This document shows positions 26,365 through 37,874 of a stretch of 64,000 bases of DNA, one piece after another. The stretch spans positions 2,542,001 through 2,606,000 of the forward strand of contig JAYWIR010000030.1 of NCBI GenBank assembly GCA_036172245.1, read 5' to 3'. The stretch comes from Raillietiella orientalis (lineage: Eukaryota). Position 1 is the stretch's first letter, and each line of letters opens with the position of its first letter. Both the position numbers and the translations under genes were made by a program. The notes under the pieces were generated by a model. It was not told the DNA's origin. It made no database searches and saw nothing but the letters and a program-made list of their open reading frames with translations.

Positions 26365-27750
26365 TGTATTAAAGTGTATATGAAATATATTCTACAATAA
26401 ACATGATGGCTGGAAACCGTCTTACATTTCTTTCATTCTTCCTGCATGAAGCCGTTTGGCATATTTGGCATACGTTCTTATTGATCGTTCTTCCTTAGCT
26501 CGGTGATTCTTCCTGTTCCAAGTCCGCGTCGTCTTCTAATGGCTGCCCTTTATTGCGACTTCCTGTAAATACTGATACTGGGATTGGAGGCATCATCAGA
26601 TAGATGTGGATTCCCCAGGCGATGTGTCCAACCAATATCACAGCTGCAGAGGGTGCAGAAACAGTCTTTAGTTGTTCCCTCTTCTCCGCAAACAGTCACG
26701 GAACGTCTAAACCACGTAGAACTCCATCATTTAGTGGGTCCCAGTTTTCCCGAACTCCCACGATGAGTGTATGGGCTTTGATTTGTAGGTCTTTCTGAGA
26801 CCTTTGTAACGCTGTGTCCTGGCATTTTGTTTTCCTTTTCCTTCTGGCGATGTTGAGCGCTTCTTATTTTCAGATGGGCAGGCAACATCGAGTATCACCA
26901 TTCGATTGCCCTTCCGTAGCGCTTAGCCTGGACGCAGGGTGGAATCCACGTTAGAGACATTGGTTGGCTAGCATCAAGGTCTAACCAGCAGTCTTTTATT
27001 CGTGAAGCCGGATGTGTGCTAGGCAATCTTCTCCAGAAGTCGGCCCAGCCGCAGCCTACACCACAGTCGTGGTTGTGTCTATCTTCAGTTTTTCAACTAT
27101 TTCTTCAGTCTTCCTGGAGACACTTTTAACTAGCTGTATGTAGGGATGAGTGCCTCATGCAGTGATTTAGGATGCGAGGCAATGTCTCATCCCAAGCAGC
27201 ACAGCGTCGATTGATGCTGTGCTGTCGGCAGATCTGCTTTTTTTCTTCTGACATAGGAAGCAGAATGAGCCTGGCTGCACGAGCGAAGCAAACCGCAAGT
27301 GGTCTCCATTTGTAAGAAAATGGTTGCATGTTCGATGGGGACCAACACAGCATATGCTTTCCCTTGATCTAACAGCTTCTCGGCCTTAGTTCAGCTAAGG
27401 TCAAACTGCATTCCTTCGAGCATTGTGCTATCTTCTTTGTCCTGTCATCAGAGGAATCAGATCAATTTTGGCTTCGGATGCTCGCGTTTGCCAGAGGTTA
27501 TGTAACTGCTTTCTTTTCTTTAACAGGAATCCTATTCTCAGTAGCGTCTCCCAGTATTTAAAGAACAATCTGAACCTGCGAATTCCGTGCTCGATGGCAA
27601 CATCGTATGTGATGTATCTTCTCATGGTGTACAATACCTTCTTGAAATAGCCAATCGTAGAGAAAGTACGCCGTCCTGGAAATTATAGAGATGTTTCTAT
27701 CTCTACCGAGACACTTTAGACATCACCTTCAATTCTCTGGAACCCCGTTT
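26365..27750 (-). mobile_element. Utopia-like (NeSL clade) U2-targeting non-LTR retrotransposon, 5'-truncated and decayed
   Basis: NLWQTRAS, DQGKA, CNHFLTNGDHLRFA, ARLILLP, the zinc finger RRCAAWDETLPRILNHC, RLE motifs LRPG*..KGNRMVILDVACPSEN and IVGVRENWDPLND. The 3' end AATACA joins U2 TCTGTTCTTATCAG directly. Confidence 0.85.
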
Positions 27751-28039
27751 GAACCACTGGACACGACTCTGACAATCGTTCATTCAAAAGCATGGTCACA
27801 ATGTCTAGAAAAAGCCGGAGGAAGAGTCTCCGCATTCTGACTACGTGAAATTGCGACGTCATCAGTCAGTGTCAGACCGCGACAGCTCCCATCCTGGCAC
27901 ACCTTGTGAACAAAACTTATCAATATTCAACAAATGACCACGTTTCGAACATCCTTGAACGTATGATCCTGTTTCAGCACTTGTGGATTACAAGATCAGA
28001 CTTACGACAACCCTTGTGCTCTCATTCGGTGACGAACGA

Positions 28040-28495
28040 GTATTACGAGGAATGGAAGCGGTGAGAAGGTGTTAGAAAATACGTGTAAGAGAGGGAGTAA
28101 GTGTTTGTTTTAGGGAAGAGTACGATGCACTCGAATGTATTTAGAAGGTAGATAATAGCCATATGGTGATGTATGAGTTGATTGTAGAGCAAGATTATTC
28201 ATGATGTATAGGAAACAGATGAGTAAACTATGAGTAATCGAATAGAGGAGGTTTATAATGCTTTCATGGGGGAGATAGAATTGTTAGGATGAGGAAGATG
28301 GTTGATGGTACTGGGCGATGATGAATAGGGGGGATGGTATTTGTCAATTTAGGAGGAGGATGGTTGAACGTCATGAGTTACTAATAATGGTTAAAAGTCG
28401 ACAGCTGAGTGGTAATATTCCTAATTTTGGGATTATGATTAATCAAATGGATGGGGATAGCAGGGAGGGGAAGGAATTAAGGAAGATGCAGGAAG
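28040..28495 (-). mobile_element. Possible Penelope-like RT remnant
   Basis: Strong C/T strand skew and a PKIRNI motif resembling PKIHK; same texture as 44560-46170. Confidence 0.3.
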
Positions 28496-31249
28496 TTGGC
28501 TGAAATCTGCTTACGCACGAACGGTTCCGTTTAGCTATTACACCTGCTCTGGAAATCATTATTTGTATTTTGTCTTGGTAGTTTTGCGTCAATTCGATAA
28601 GCGAAGACAAGGGAAGGATTCTTTGGTGCGATCTTTCCTCCTCCAAGAAGACTCCTAACACGGGAAACGGAGGTGGGAAGCTTGAAACCATTCTCAAACG
28701 GAAAGAGACCCTAGAAGTGACCACACTGTGAAAGCAGCAGCAATAAAGACCTCTCTTGAGCGGGAATGACGGACCCACGCAAGCAAACTCTCTCCGAAGC
28801 ACCTTGATGTATCCTTGCCTCAAATCATGTGAAAGTTGGCGAGGCATAAAAACTGTTTCGGACGGATTGCTGATTTCCTTCTTCTCCATGCACCTTCGAA
28901 TCTAAACATCGTAATACGTTCCTTCGTTTCCAAAGTAGAAGGATCTTCACGTTCCCCAGAATCGAAGATGCAGTTGCAGGAACTTCTCTAATGGGCTTCT
29001 CTGCAGGAGCTCCGCCAATCGCTGGTGAAGTTTCGGAGTGGTATGCAGCTTTCTGAAGACACCTGACCTGCTTCTGAGGACAGCAAAGTACTGACGGGTG
29101 GTGGCGTTAGCAAGTGCTGCAGTGGCAAACGTGACAGTGCAACATTAAACCCACAAATCTTTCCAACAGAAGTAACAACAGGAATCGTAGGATGTGAAAT
29201 TCAATCGTACATTGCAGCAAACGTAAGTTAAACTGTGGCGCATGGAGATAGGAGACAAGTGTGAGAACGCTCAGACAAAACAGCTATGAAAGGCATGATG
29301 CAACCATGGCAACGCCCGAATGCACAGCTCTGGATTCACAAAAGATGTCGCAAAGTCGAATTCCGAATTTTCGGATCCAAAGAACAAAGTGAAGATCGAA
29401 ATTCGAAAGAGGATACGCACAGAGCACAAGTTGCTTTTATCTTCATCTACATCTAGCACTTTCCCTATTTTCCTCTTGCATAGATTTCATGTTTTCCCTG
29501 AGAGCTGCAAGGAACCAGAAAACTTCTTTCCTGACGATGTCTGCAAACATAATGTGTTCTTGAATTTGAACTGGTGGTATCTCAGAAGGGGGTGAAAATG
29601 GAGGGATCAACGAGGACAAGATGGTTGAAAAGGGAAAGAAAAAAAGTTACTAGCTTGAGATCGTTCTGAGTAGAAGGAAACCTTTCTTTCACTGAAGCAG
29701 TAATTTCTCTTGTCATGATGCATTATGCTCTCAAACCTCCTCCCCCGAATTTAAAGCTGAAAATTCAAGACATTTTCGATGACACCACCAATTGGAGAGA
29801 CTCCACCACCGAAAACAGTAACGGCCATTTCCAGCTAATACCTTTGCGAAGAAAACAGCCGTCAACCGTTCCATACTTCTGGACAAAGAGTCTGAGGATA
29901 CATGAGAGAAATTCATGTCAGCTTTTGATAATGGAAATTTTCAACAAATTTCCTCAATGCTTTTAGTAGCGGTGTCCAAGCTTCAGATGAGACGTCCAAC
30001 GTTGTCGAATGTCAAGAAACTCATCCATGGATCCTACACAGAGAAACATGAACTGTTTAGACGCAGCATGAATCGACAGATGATACTAATCCAATACCTC
30101 CATCTCATAAGCACTGTTGCCAACTGTATTAAGGAAGAATAAGCAATCTCTTTCTTCACACAAAACACAATTCTCCCCAGAAATCCCTGTGGCAATATAC
30201 TCACCATACCAACATATGCCACAACTCTACCCAACATTCCAAATTCCTTAAATCGACTGATCAAGTCAGCACTAGGTGGCTGAAAAACTCAAGAGTCCAT
30301 TCGGCGCTTACGAAACTCAAAGAGTGATTAAAATTAAAGAAGACAAATATGAATTTCAGAGGCCCAAGCTGCACAGGTTTTGAGCTTCTGCGTTCTGTTC
30401 TGTTTGTTTCTTTTGCCATGCAGTTGACGGCCTCATAATACCATCGCAAGGTAGATTTCAGTGCCTCTGTCAGTCTACGAGCAACAAAAAGAACGAACAG
30501 GGATCGTTCCAGGACGACAGGAAGCAAATGTCACTGGAGGCTTCTTCAGGATTCAAATAAAGGCTAGAATGAAGGTTATCAGACAAAGTCCACCACCTAA
30601 TTCTTAAACGCGCTCCGAACATCTATATCATTTATGAAAATTTCAAGTGCTCTTCTCCTACCTGTCTGGCATCCATTTTAAACTGAACGGATGACCAACT
30701 ACTCCAATGAGTATTCCTGATATCCAGGTCAAAATACTGTCATGCACTCTTCAAAGAGAAAAGAGTTTCCGAAATCTCTTCTTCTTTGAAGGATTTGAAC
30801 ATCCGTAGCGTATGTTCCCACTGTTTGAGGTGTGGATTCTATTCTGAAGACATCTGGAGATTCTTCTGTGATGCGGCGGCAGCACTTGATGATAAGCGTT
30901 TGTGGTTTTGACTTCAATGTCGTTCACATTACGCTCACGAATTGGCACGCCCTCATTGTTCTCCGACTGGTACCGGCTTGCACCATTGCAAGTGACGAAA
31001 GTCTTGGGCGGCTGGAAGGCGAGCAAGTTGGTGAAGCCGCCACTCCTCGTTCTCAGGCTAAAGGCCTATTTCTAGCTTGGAAGGGTTGTCGAGTGCGCCA
31101 CTTGAAGAACTTGTGGTCTCTCCTTTATGAGCAAACACTTCCGTGTTCTTCTTGAGGTGGAAATGAGATGTCCTGTTGTTTCTGCAGTTGGGTTTCCAGT
31201 GAAACCAGCGTAGGGACCCGGTTTCTGGGATAGTTGCATCCTTAAACTG

Positions 31250-31751
31250 TTTGAGGACTACTGCTGGATTGCAGTGCCCTCCAGGAACTTTGACGGAGGC
31301 TGGATTGAGCAATTCTGCACCGAGGACGCCACTAAGGACTTGCTGCGGCAATTCTTAGCGAGAGGTGAAGTCACGACGGGCGCCGTGACTGAGACGACAT
31401 GCTACACCCGCGCCATCGTTACAGCCAGCCATGACTTGGGTCTCGGGCTCAGCGAAAGGAGGTCCATCTCATGGCAACCGTCTATCCATGAGGATGGCTT
31501 CCAGTCGGGCTCATCTGGAAGAAGAAGACAGACAAGTGGGATATCACCGGATTATTATTACTAAGCAAGAAGAGGTTCTCAAGCCAAAGACTCCATTTTC
31601 CCATTATTTATTGTCCCCCTCCCTTTCGCTTCAGACTGCCCCAGTAAACAATCAGCGGGTCGGGAAACCCTTCCTGTGAACTTTTTCTATGTGCGTGTTT
31701 TCGTTCCGGGAATTGCGTACCTAAATCCTTCAGGTGTGACCGGGTGAAAAA
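31250..31751 (+). mobile_element. 3' end of an old L1/Tx1-like element related to the palindromic element
   Basis: LLLDCSALQ, KDLLRQFLARG...CYTRAIV and MRMASSRAHL align with the C-terminus at 51720-52020. Ends in the family motif ...CCGGGTGAAAAA. Confidence 0.65.
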
Positions 31752-31754
31752 CGT

Positions 31755-32310
31755 GAACGTTTGATGGAATCAAATGCTGGTATTATACTATCAGGTTGAT
31801 CAGCATCCATTTTCTCACAAGACCAAGGACTTCCAGGAACAGACTCTCTATTGAAAGACACTTTGATTTCATGATAAATAGCGTGCTGAGGTGTAAAGAA
31901 TGCAAGGAGTCGTTGATGCCTCAGACTTTGGATGGTGCTTGTTACTCGTACACCATTAACCCAGATGTATATGTTGTCAGGACCATCCAGCGAGCAATCA
32001 AATTCAAATTCAACTGGTTTTCCCACTCCACCAAATGGAACGGGTTTGAAGTGAATCATCTAACATTTGAGAAGGTAACAGCGAAGTTAAGAATTTAGCG
32101 TTGCATCTCCATGGAGTTGCATCTGAACATGCTCCCCAACTTGACAAGGAATCAATTCCACAAAACCCTCTGGTTCATCGTTTTTGATTGTAGATGGTAC
32201 AGGGTTCTCATCAGGAACCCCAACCCTACAGTTCATGCCGAGTTAGCAGTTTAGTGAAATGGAAGTCATTCAGTCAGTCGGCCAATAACCTTTAAGCCAT
32301 CCAAACCCAT
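31755..32310 (-). pseudogene. Filamin (Ig-like repeat) processed pseudogene fragment
   Basis: About two filamin repeats without introns: VELIPCQVGEH and GVGKPVEFEFD...VNG...FFTP...HEIKVSFNRESVPGSPW, with in-frame stops and a frameshift. Confidence 0.8.
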
Positions 32311-32899
32311 AAAGCTTCCCTATTTCTCTCTCCAGTGAAGGGAAAGAAATAAGCGAAGGCAAGCAACTGAATAAGTCAAGGTTCGGGATATGGATGGACT
32401 AGTCGGTAGAAAACATGATTCCGAAGTTGAGTAGAACCTAGGAGTTCATGCCCTACGGCATGTTAAAGTGTTTCTAGAGTGCTGCTGTGGTCTTTGTGGG
32501 CAGTGGTCAGCTCACTCGGGAGTCAACAAGCCTAGCATCTCTTTTTGGTGATACTTGAGTGGTGAAACAAGATGCTGTCCCTATCTCTCGTAAGATACAA
32601 CACGGATGCCCCAAGGAAAACCCTCGAGCGTGAGGTGATTCCCCTATTGCAAGCTCATGATGTGGAAGGCAATGCCCCTGGAGCGAAAACCGGGTCAGCA
32701 AGCTCTTAGGCAGCGGTGGTCCCTTCGTTCAAGAATGAAGCGATGTATTCAGAAACTGGGGCCTGTGTGGCCCTCTGGATGCAATCCAACTTTGTATCAT
32801 AAGGTAGGAAATGTTTCAAAGCCTCCATAGTTGGAGTCACCCAAACCCCAACATCTCGGAGTGCGATCCCCGTTTCGAAGAGCAAAAGCATGACCTTGG

Positions 32900-34867
32900 T
32901 TTCACCGTCTCTTACGATCCCAAGTAAGCGTTAGAGAACTCAGGATGTTTCTCGCCTGAGAGGATCATTCGACGTCGACATACTTGGGCATGTCTGCATG
33001 GTACCTGTCGGAATCTGGCGTTGTCTATGCGACTACGTTAATACCAATGCTGTCTTCTTTTTTTAAGATGTTTGTTCATTTGACGAGGGCGCCTCGTGAG
33101 GTATGGTTGACAGTCAGCCATACCACACGAGTTGTCCATCGGCGCCGGAATCGTCGATGCGCGGCATGTAGGGATGAGCAGCTTCCATGGATGCTATGTC
33201 CGCGGGACACCTAAAGAATCTGTGACTGGAGATCCGCCGGGTCATGTGCAAGCGACGAACAAGGCTGAGGCAACTTTTACCCAGTTGCACCAAGGAAGTT
33301 CCTCATTCCAAGAAGCGGAATGAACAAGCATTGCTGGCGCTGCCGGAAGGTGGCACTGAAAAGTTCATAGTCCACAAGCCGGCTACTCCAAGAAAATCGG
33401 GACCAAGGAGGATGAATAAACAAATAAACATTTATGGAGATGGAAGAAATGGACGGACTTTAGTGCGGCAGGGAGCTAATGGAAAAGGAATACGATTTCA
33501 CCGGGGATTTCCGTGGAAAATTCCTTGCAGCCTACGCGATAACTGCGCAGCATCCTGTTTTCTCGTTTCCCTCAAGTGTGGGCAACGTTTGTGTGTCCAC
33601 CGTGGCAAGGGCGTAATGTATCACCAATTACTTACCGCCTATGCAGCTTCATTGCTTGCCGTGCAGCGATAGTCGCTCGGTAAGTGAGGTCTGGATAGCA
33701 GTCTCGAAGTGAGGTCATCGCTCGCAGTCATAATCGAGACTGCTATCCAGATGACCTCTCCGTGATGATTCACGAACTCAAGGGCGATTCGGGCAGCAAC
33801 AACGTCTCGCAGCCAACTCGGCGACGCAACGGGAGCGGAAGTAGAGAAGCTCTGGCGCAAACGTTATAGCAAGCTTTTCAGAGCATCCGATGAATGGAAC
33901 TGTGCTGTGATCAACCGCTTCCAGAGGTTATGAGGGGAAAGACATCATAGTCCAGGAGAAGGTGAAGGAACGACTCGATCCCTACACGTGGAACGATTCG
34001 AGGATGCGCTTTCTCCAGAACGAGATGTCAGCGCTGATTAGTCTAGCGAGCCCATGAGGAGATAACACTAACAATTCGTGTTTCCACCTGGTGAAAAGCA
34101 CCAAAACGTCCACACACTCAGTGAAGGGACTCTGGGGGCACGCTAAGCTGTTCAGCCCACCAAAGTCTCTTCATCACGAGAAGTGTTGTGGACATCACAT
34201 CGACTATCTCGCCATACTTGCAAGGGCCGCTTTCTTCCTGCAAACGGTTTCGTACATGCAACTCGGTTCAAATTATTAACCACTTGAAATGGTGTCGACT
34301 GTATGTGCATAAGTTTGTATGGAGTCCCTCCTGCACGTTGTCAACTACACATCAAGCCATCAAGAAACAACCCGCTGTTGTGCAGAGTTAGTCAGCAAGC
34401 AATCACGAGGAGAAAATGGGAGGTGGTTGTTTCCAGCCAGCCCATCTCCGGTAAGGATTGTAGTCTCCGGATAGACTTCACCCTACAAGATGACGAAAAC
34501 GCAATTATACTTGCCGTCGCCTGCCCGTTTGAGAGCGATTCCTCCGTCTTAGGAGACTGGAGATAGAAAAAAGAGAGTTAATACTGGACTCTGACCCAGC
34601 ACTTTTCCGATAAAGGAGTGCTCGTGTTAGTAACAGACATTATTGTAGGAAGCCTAGATCTTGGGACCCAGAACACGAAAAGTTATCACAAGACCTTATA
34701 ATCGAGAAGAGGCAATCACAAGACATCAAAAAGGAAATGTTTCTTAGCAGCATTCAACGGTCCTGTGAGAGACATTGGAGCTACAGGGTGAGTCTCTGAA
34801 TGTGAGTAACGAACAAAAAGGGTTTCCATTCTCGGCATATTTGCTGAATACTGTACAGCATAATAAA
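32900..34867 (+). mobile_element. Second NeSL/Utopia-like non-LTR retrotransposon (RT to RLE), decayed
   Basis: Ordered motifs CDWRS, PEGGTEKF, LAAYA(D), ASLLAVQR, KLFRASD, FLPANG, MESLLHVVNY, LRIDF...IILAVACPFES, IIVGSL-SWDPE; AATAAA at 34862-34867. Confidence 0.7.
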
Positions 34868-35140
34868 TAGCTTTCTTTAACAAACCAAATGTGTCAGAAT
34901 TATTGAGAAAAAGACGAATTATTGACAAAATTTAGTGGCAGTACATTTCTAGCATTATGCAACATTTGATGGTATTTTTATATATTTTTATTTATTATAG
35001 ATAAAAAAGGCATTTTTAATGTCAAGTGAATAAGAAAGGCATGAATTACAAAATTGCATATATTCAAGAATTGATTGACTTAGAAATCAAAATATGAATA
35101 ATGATCAGAATTTGGAAACTTGAATTCACTTACAGCATAA

Positions 35141-37874
35141 TCAAGATGCCAGAGTTATGAGTTGATTCTGTAATTTTATTTGAGAATGCCAGGGATTTAT
35201 TATTTACCTTAAGAAAACTGAAGTGATCGATTAATTCTGTTCCAATGCTCCGAAAAAAAACCAAAGGTAAAAGTTCACTTCTATATATCCAATATAGGCT
35301 CTCCACTGTCAAAAGGATGGGAAGATTCCTCCGTTGCCTTAATGTTTCATATTTCTGGAGTATGTTCAAGCTGCCTATTCATTCAGCTGCAAAGTTGAGA
35401 AGGTTCATTATAATTCCTTACCCATTTCTTGTCCTTCCTGTAATCCTTCCTCTAACACAGCCATAAGGCATTGTGCATCACCAAAACCTAGATTTGCACC
35501 TAAGCCAGCTAATGGATGCATCCTGTGAGCAGCATCTCTATGAAAACTTTCAGCATACACTGACAAAACGCCACTGTTTTACCCTGCCAAAGCTGCTCTA
35601 TGCTGAACATAACAGGTAGCATAGCCCCCTCCTAATACATAAGACCCTAGAGTTCTTTCTTGTACATCAATCACAGTAGGAGGTAACAAAGAATCACACT
35701 GTTCACTTGAAGAATCGATCAGTTTTGTAAAACAGTTGATCCAAGAATAGGATGCTTCACTTTCTACCTAATTAAACATCTGAGTACATGTCCAATACAC
35801 CAACCAATGAAGAGCATACCAGTGCTTTATTTATGCTCTTAGCTAAATCTGCATGTGACTGAGAGAGCAAGTACTGTGCATGTTTCACAGTGGTACTCCA
35901 AATCATGCAGCTTTTGTTCTGAGATAGCTGAAACAATCGACAGTTACTCAAAGTCTTTAATCACGTCATTCTTACTGGAAGCAAAGCTAGTGGTCCAGAA
36001 GGAAGAAACTTCTGCCAGGCAGTTACATTAGGAGATGACTAAAATATTTTGAACTAAACTCTTTCCTAAAAAATGGAATACTGACTTCAGATAATAGTAC
36101 AGTTGCTGTAACAGCTCTTTGATCATGTTTCCAATTTACAAACTCTGTTTTCATAGCTTTCCTTACAGATGAGTAGCGCCCTTCTGCACCCACCTACAAA
36201 AACAGTCCATGATTCCTCTAGTGTTCCTAATTCCTTATTGCTAACTGCATGACTATTAAACAGCTGAACTTCCACAAAAGCTTTCTCGTTTCTGAAGCTC
36301 TGATAGGAGTTCATTGATTAATGATGACAAGTCTTGACTTCATTTATTGATTGATGACAAAAGAAAGCTTAGAGATTGAGAGATATCCAGCTCTAGACCC
36401 TAAGCACTGCATACTTATATTTAAATTGTAACACAATTCAGAAAAATATCCAGCATGTACTACAAAACAGTCATCTGCTTATAATCGTAAATGAATATGC
36501 ACAATTTCATTAGTTTATGTTGCACAATCATTTCAGTCCCCATCATCCCCTTCATAAGTTTCTTCGTGTTTTGAAGTGATTATGCATGGGTTTTCAAAAT
36601 AGAGAAAGAAAAAAAAAATCCAAGACAAAAAAATTGATAAAAAGTAAAAGGTGACTTTAAAAGGCGGTAATCTAAAACACAAATCACACATACAAAGATG
36701 CTCAGATCAATGAAACAAAAATAGTCATAGATTTAAAATCAACAGCATGTAGGTAACAATAATGTAACCTTAAAATACTTTTAGGTAGTCTTACTGATAG
36801 CATAAATTATTAAACAAAAACATTTATGATTGTACCATCATATTTTTAATCCAATTCTAACCAGTGACTAAAATGAAACCAATAGATGAATGAATTGAAG
36901 CATGTAACTTTTCTAATTACTCATGCACATCAAATCCCACCAAACCAGAGGCTCCCCAAAATATAATTTCACTACATGCTCTGTTACCAGTAATTCACAG
37001 AATACAGTGCCTCCATTATTCAAATGAATTTCAACTAATTTCTTATCTCTCATCTCTTCTGCTGAAGGCAAAATACAACTCTCGATTTTTGAATTATGCA
37101 GAATGGAAACATTTCTTAAATGTTTAATTTCTTCATACAAACTATTAATTATAGTATCAACTTCAATTATGAATGAAATATCTTTGGACGAATCCTTGTG
37201 TTTGAAACAAATTGAAGCATTGCTCAAACTTTCCCATATCTGAAAGTATAATTTTTCAATGCAAGAATGCACTCCATACACATGCAACAAATGTAATAAA
37301 TTTTATGCAATTCTGCATGAGTCAATAATATCTGTTTTTGAATATCCACATAAAATTTTAGAATCATAATAAAGCTGGTTTTTTAAATAATCACTTAGTC
37401 TGAAAATCACCTGTAATTCTTTAGTGGCATGACATTTGTTCTGCATGTGTTTCCACACATCCAAGCTTTCAAACCACTGCCGAGTTGTTGGATTTATAGA
37501 AATGGCTAGTCCAGAGGATGGGGCAGTATTATCCAAAATTCTTTTTTGCCTCTGCTCCACTAGTAAAATATTCTTTTTGGAAAACCATGAACTTCTTCCT
37601 AAACAGATATGATTACACTTCCTACACATAAATTCATATGTGAATAAAAGCAGTTTTTTAATTAATCACACTTTTACTGTTTACCTAAAGCACAAGCCAG
37701 TGAAAGTCCCACCATTCCACCACCAGATATAACTACATCATAAAACCGACTTTCGTTTTCTGAATTGTTTCGGGATGTACATGCTGTACGGAAACCATAC
37801 AAACACTTTAGGTGCAACCTTGAAGCATGGTTTCTTTTTAAGGATGAACACCACTTATGTTTACTGTGCAACAT
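35141..37874 (-). CDS. COQ6: Ubiquinone biosynthesis monooxygenase COQ6-like, mitochondrial; 10 exons, 467 aa
   Basis: Exons 37685-37874, 37411-37598, 36988-37239, 36086-36193, 35976-36038, 35820-35927, 35583-35767, 35422-35537, 35208-35374 and 35141-35167 all have GT-AG boundaries and consistent phases (1404 nt including stop). Motifs YDVVISGGGMVG, TAWQKFLPSGPLALLPLS and GDAAHRMHPLAGLGANLGFGD; basic N-terminal presequence. Confidence 0.92.

Noticed and set aside
34716..34928. Minus-strand ORF as a further COQ6 exon
   Set aside because: COQ6 terminates at 35141 (NQLITLAS*); this ORF is antisense to the end of the NeSL-like element.
34868..34950. Possible eroded U2 flank after the second NeSL-like element (TTCTT...GCAGTAC)
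   Set aside because: Matches are short and the spacing does not fit U2; not supportable by eye.
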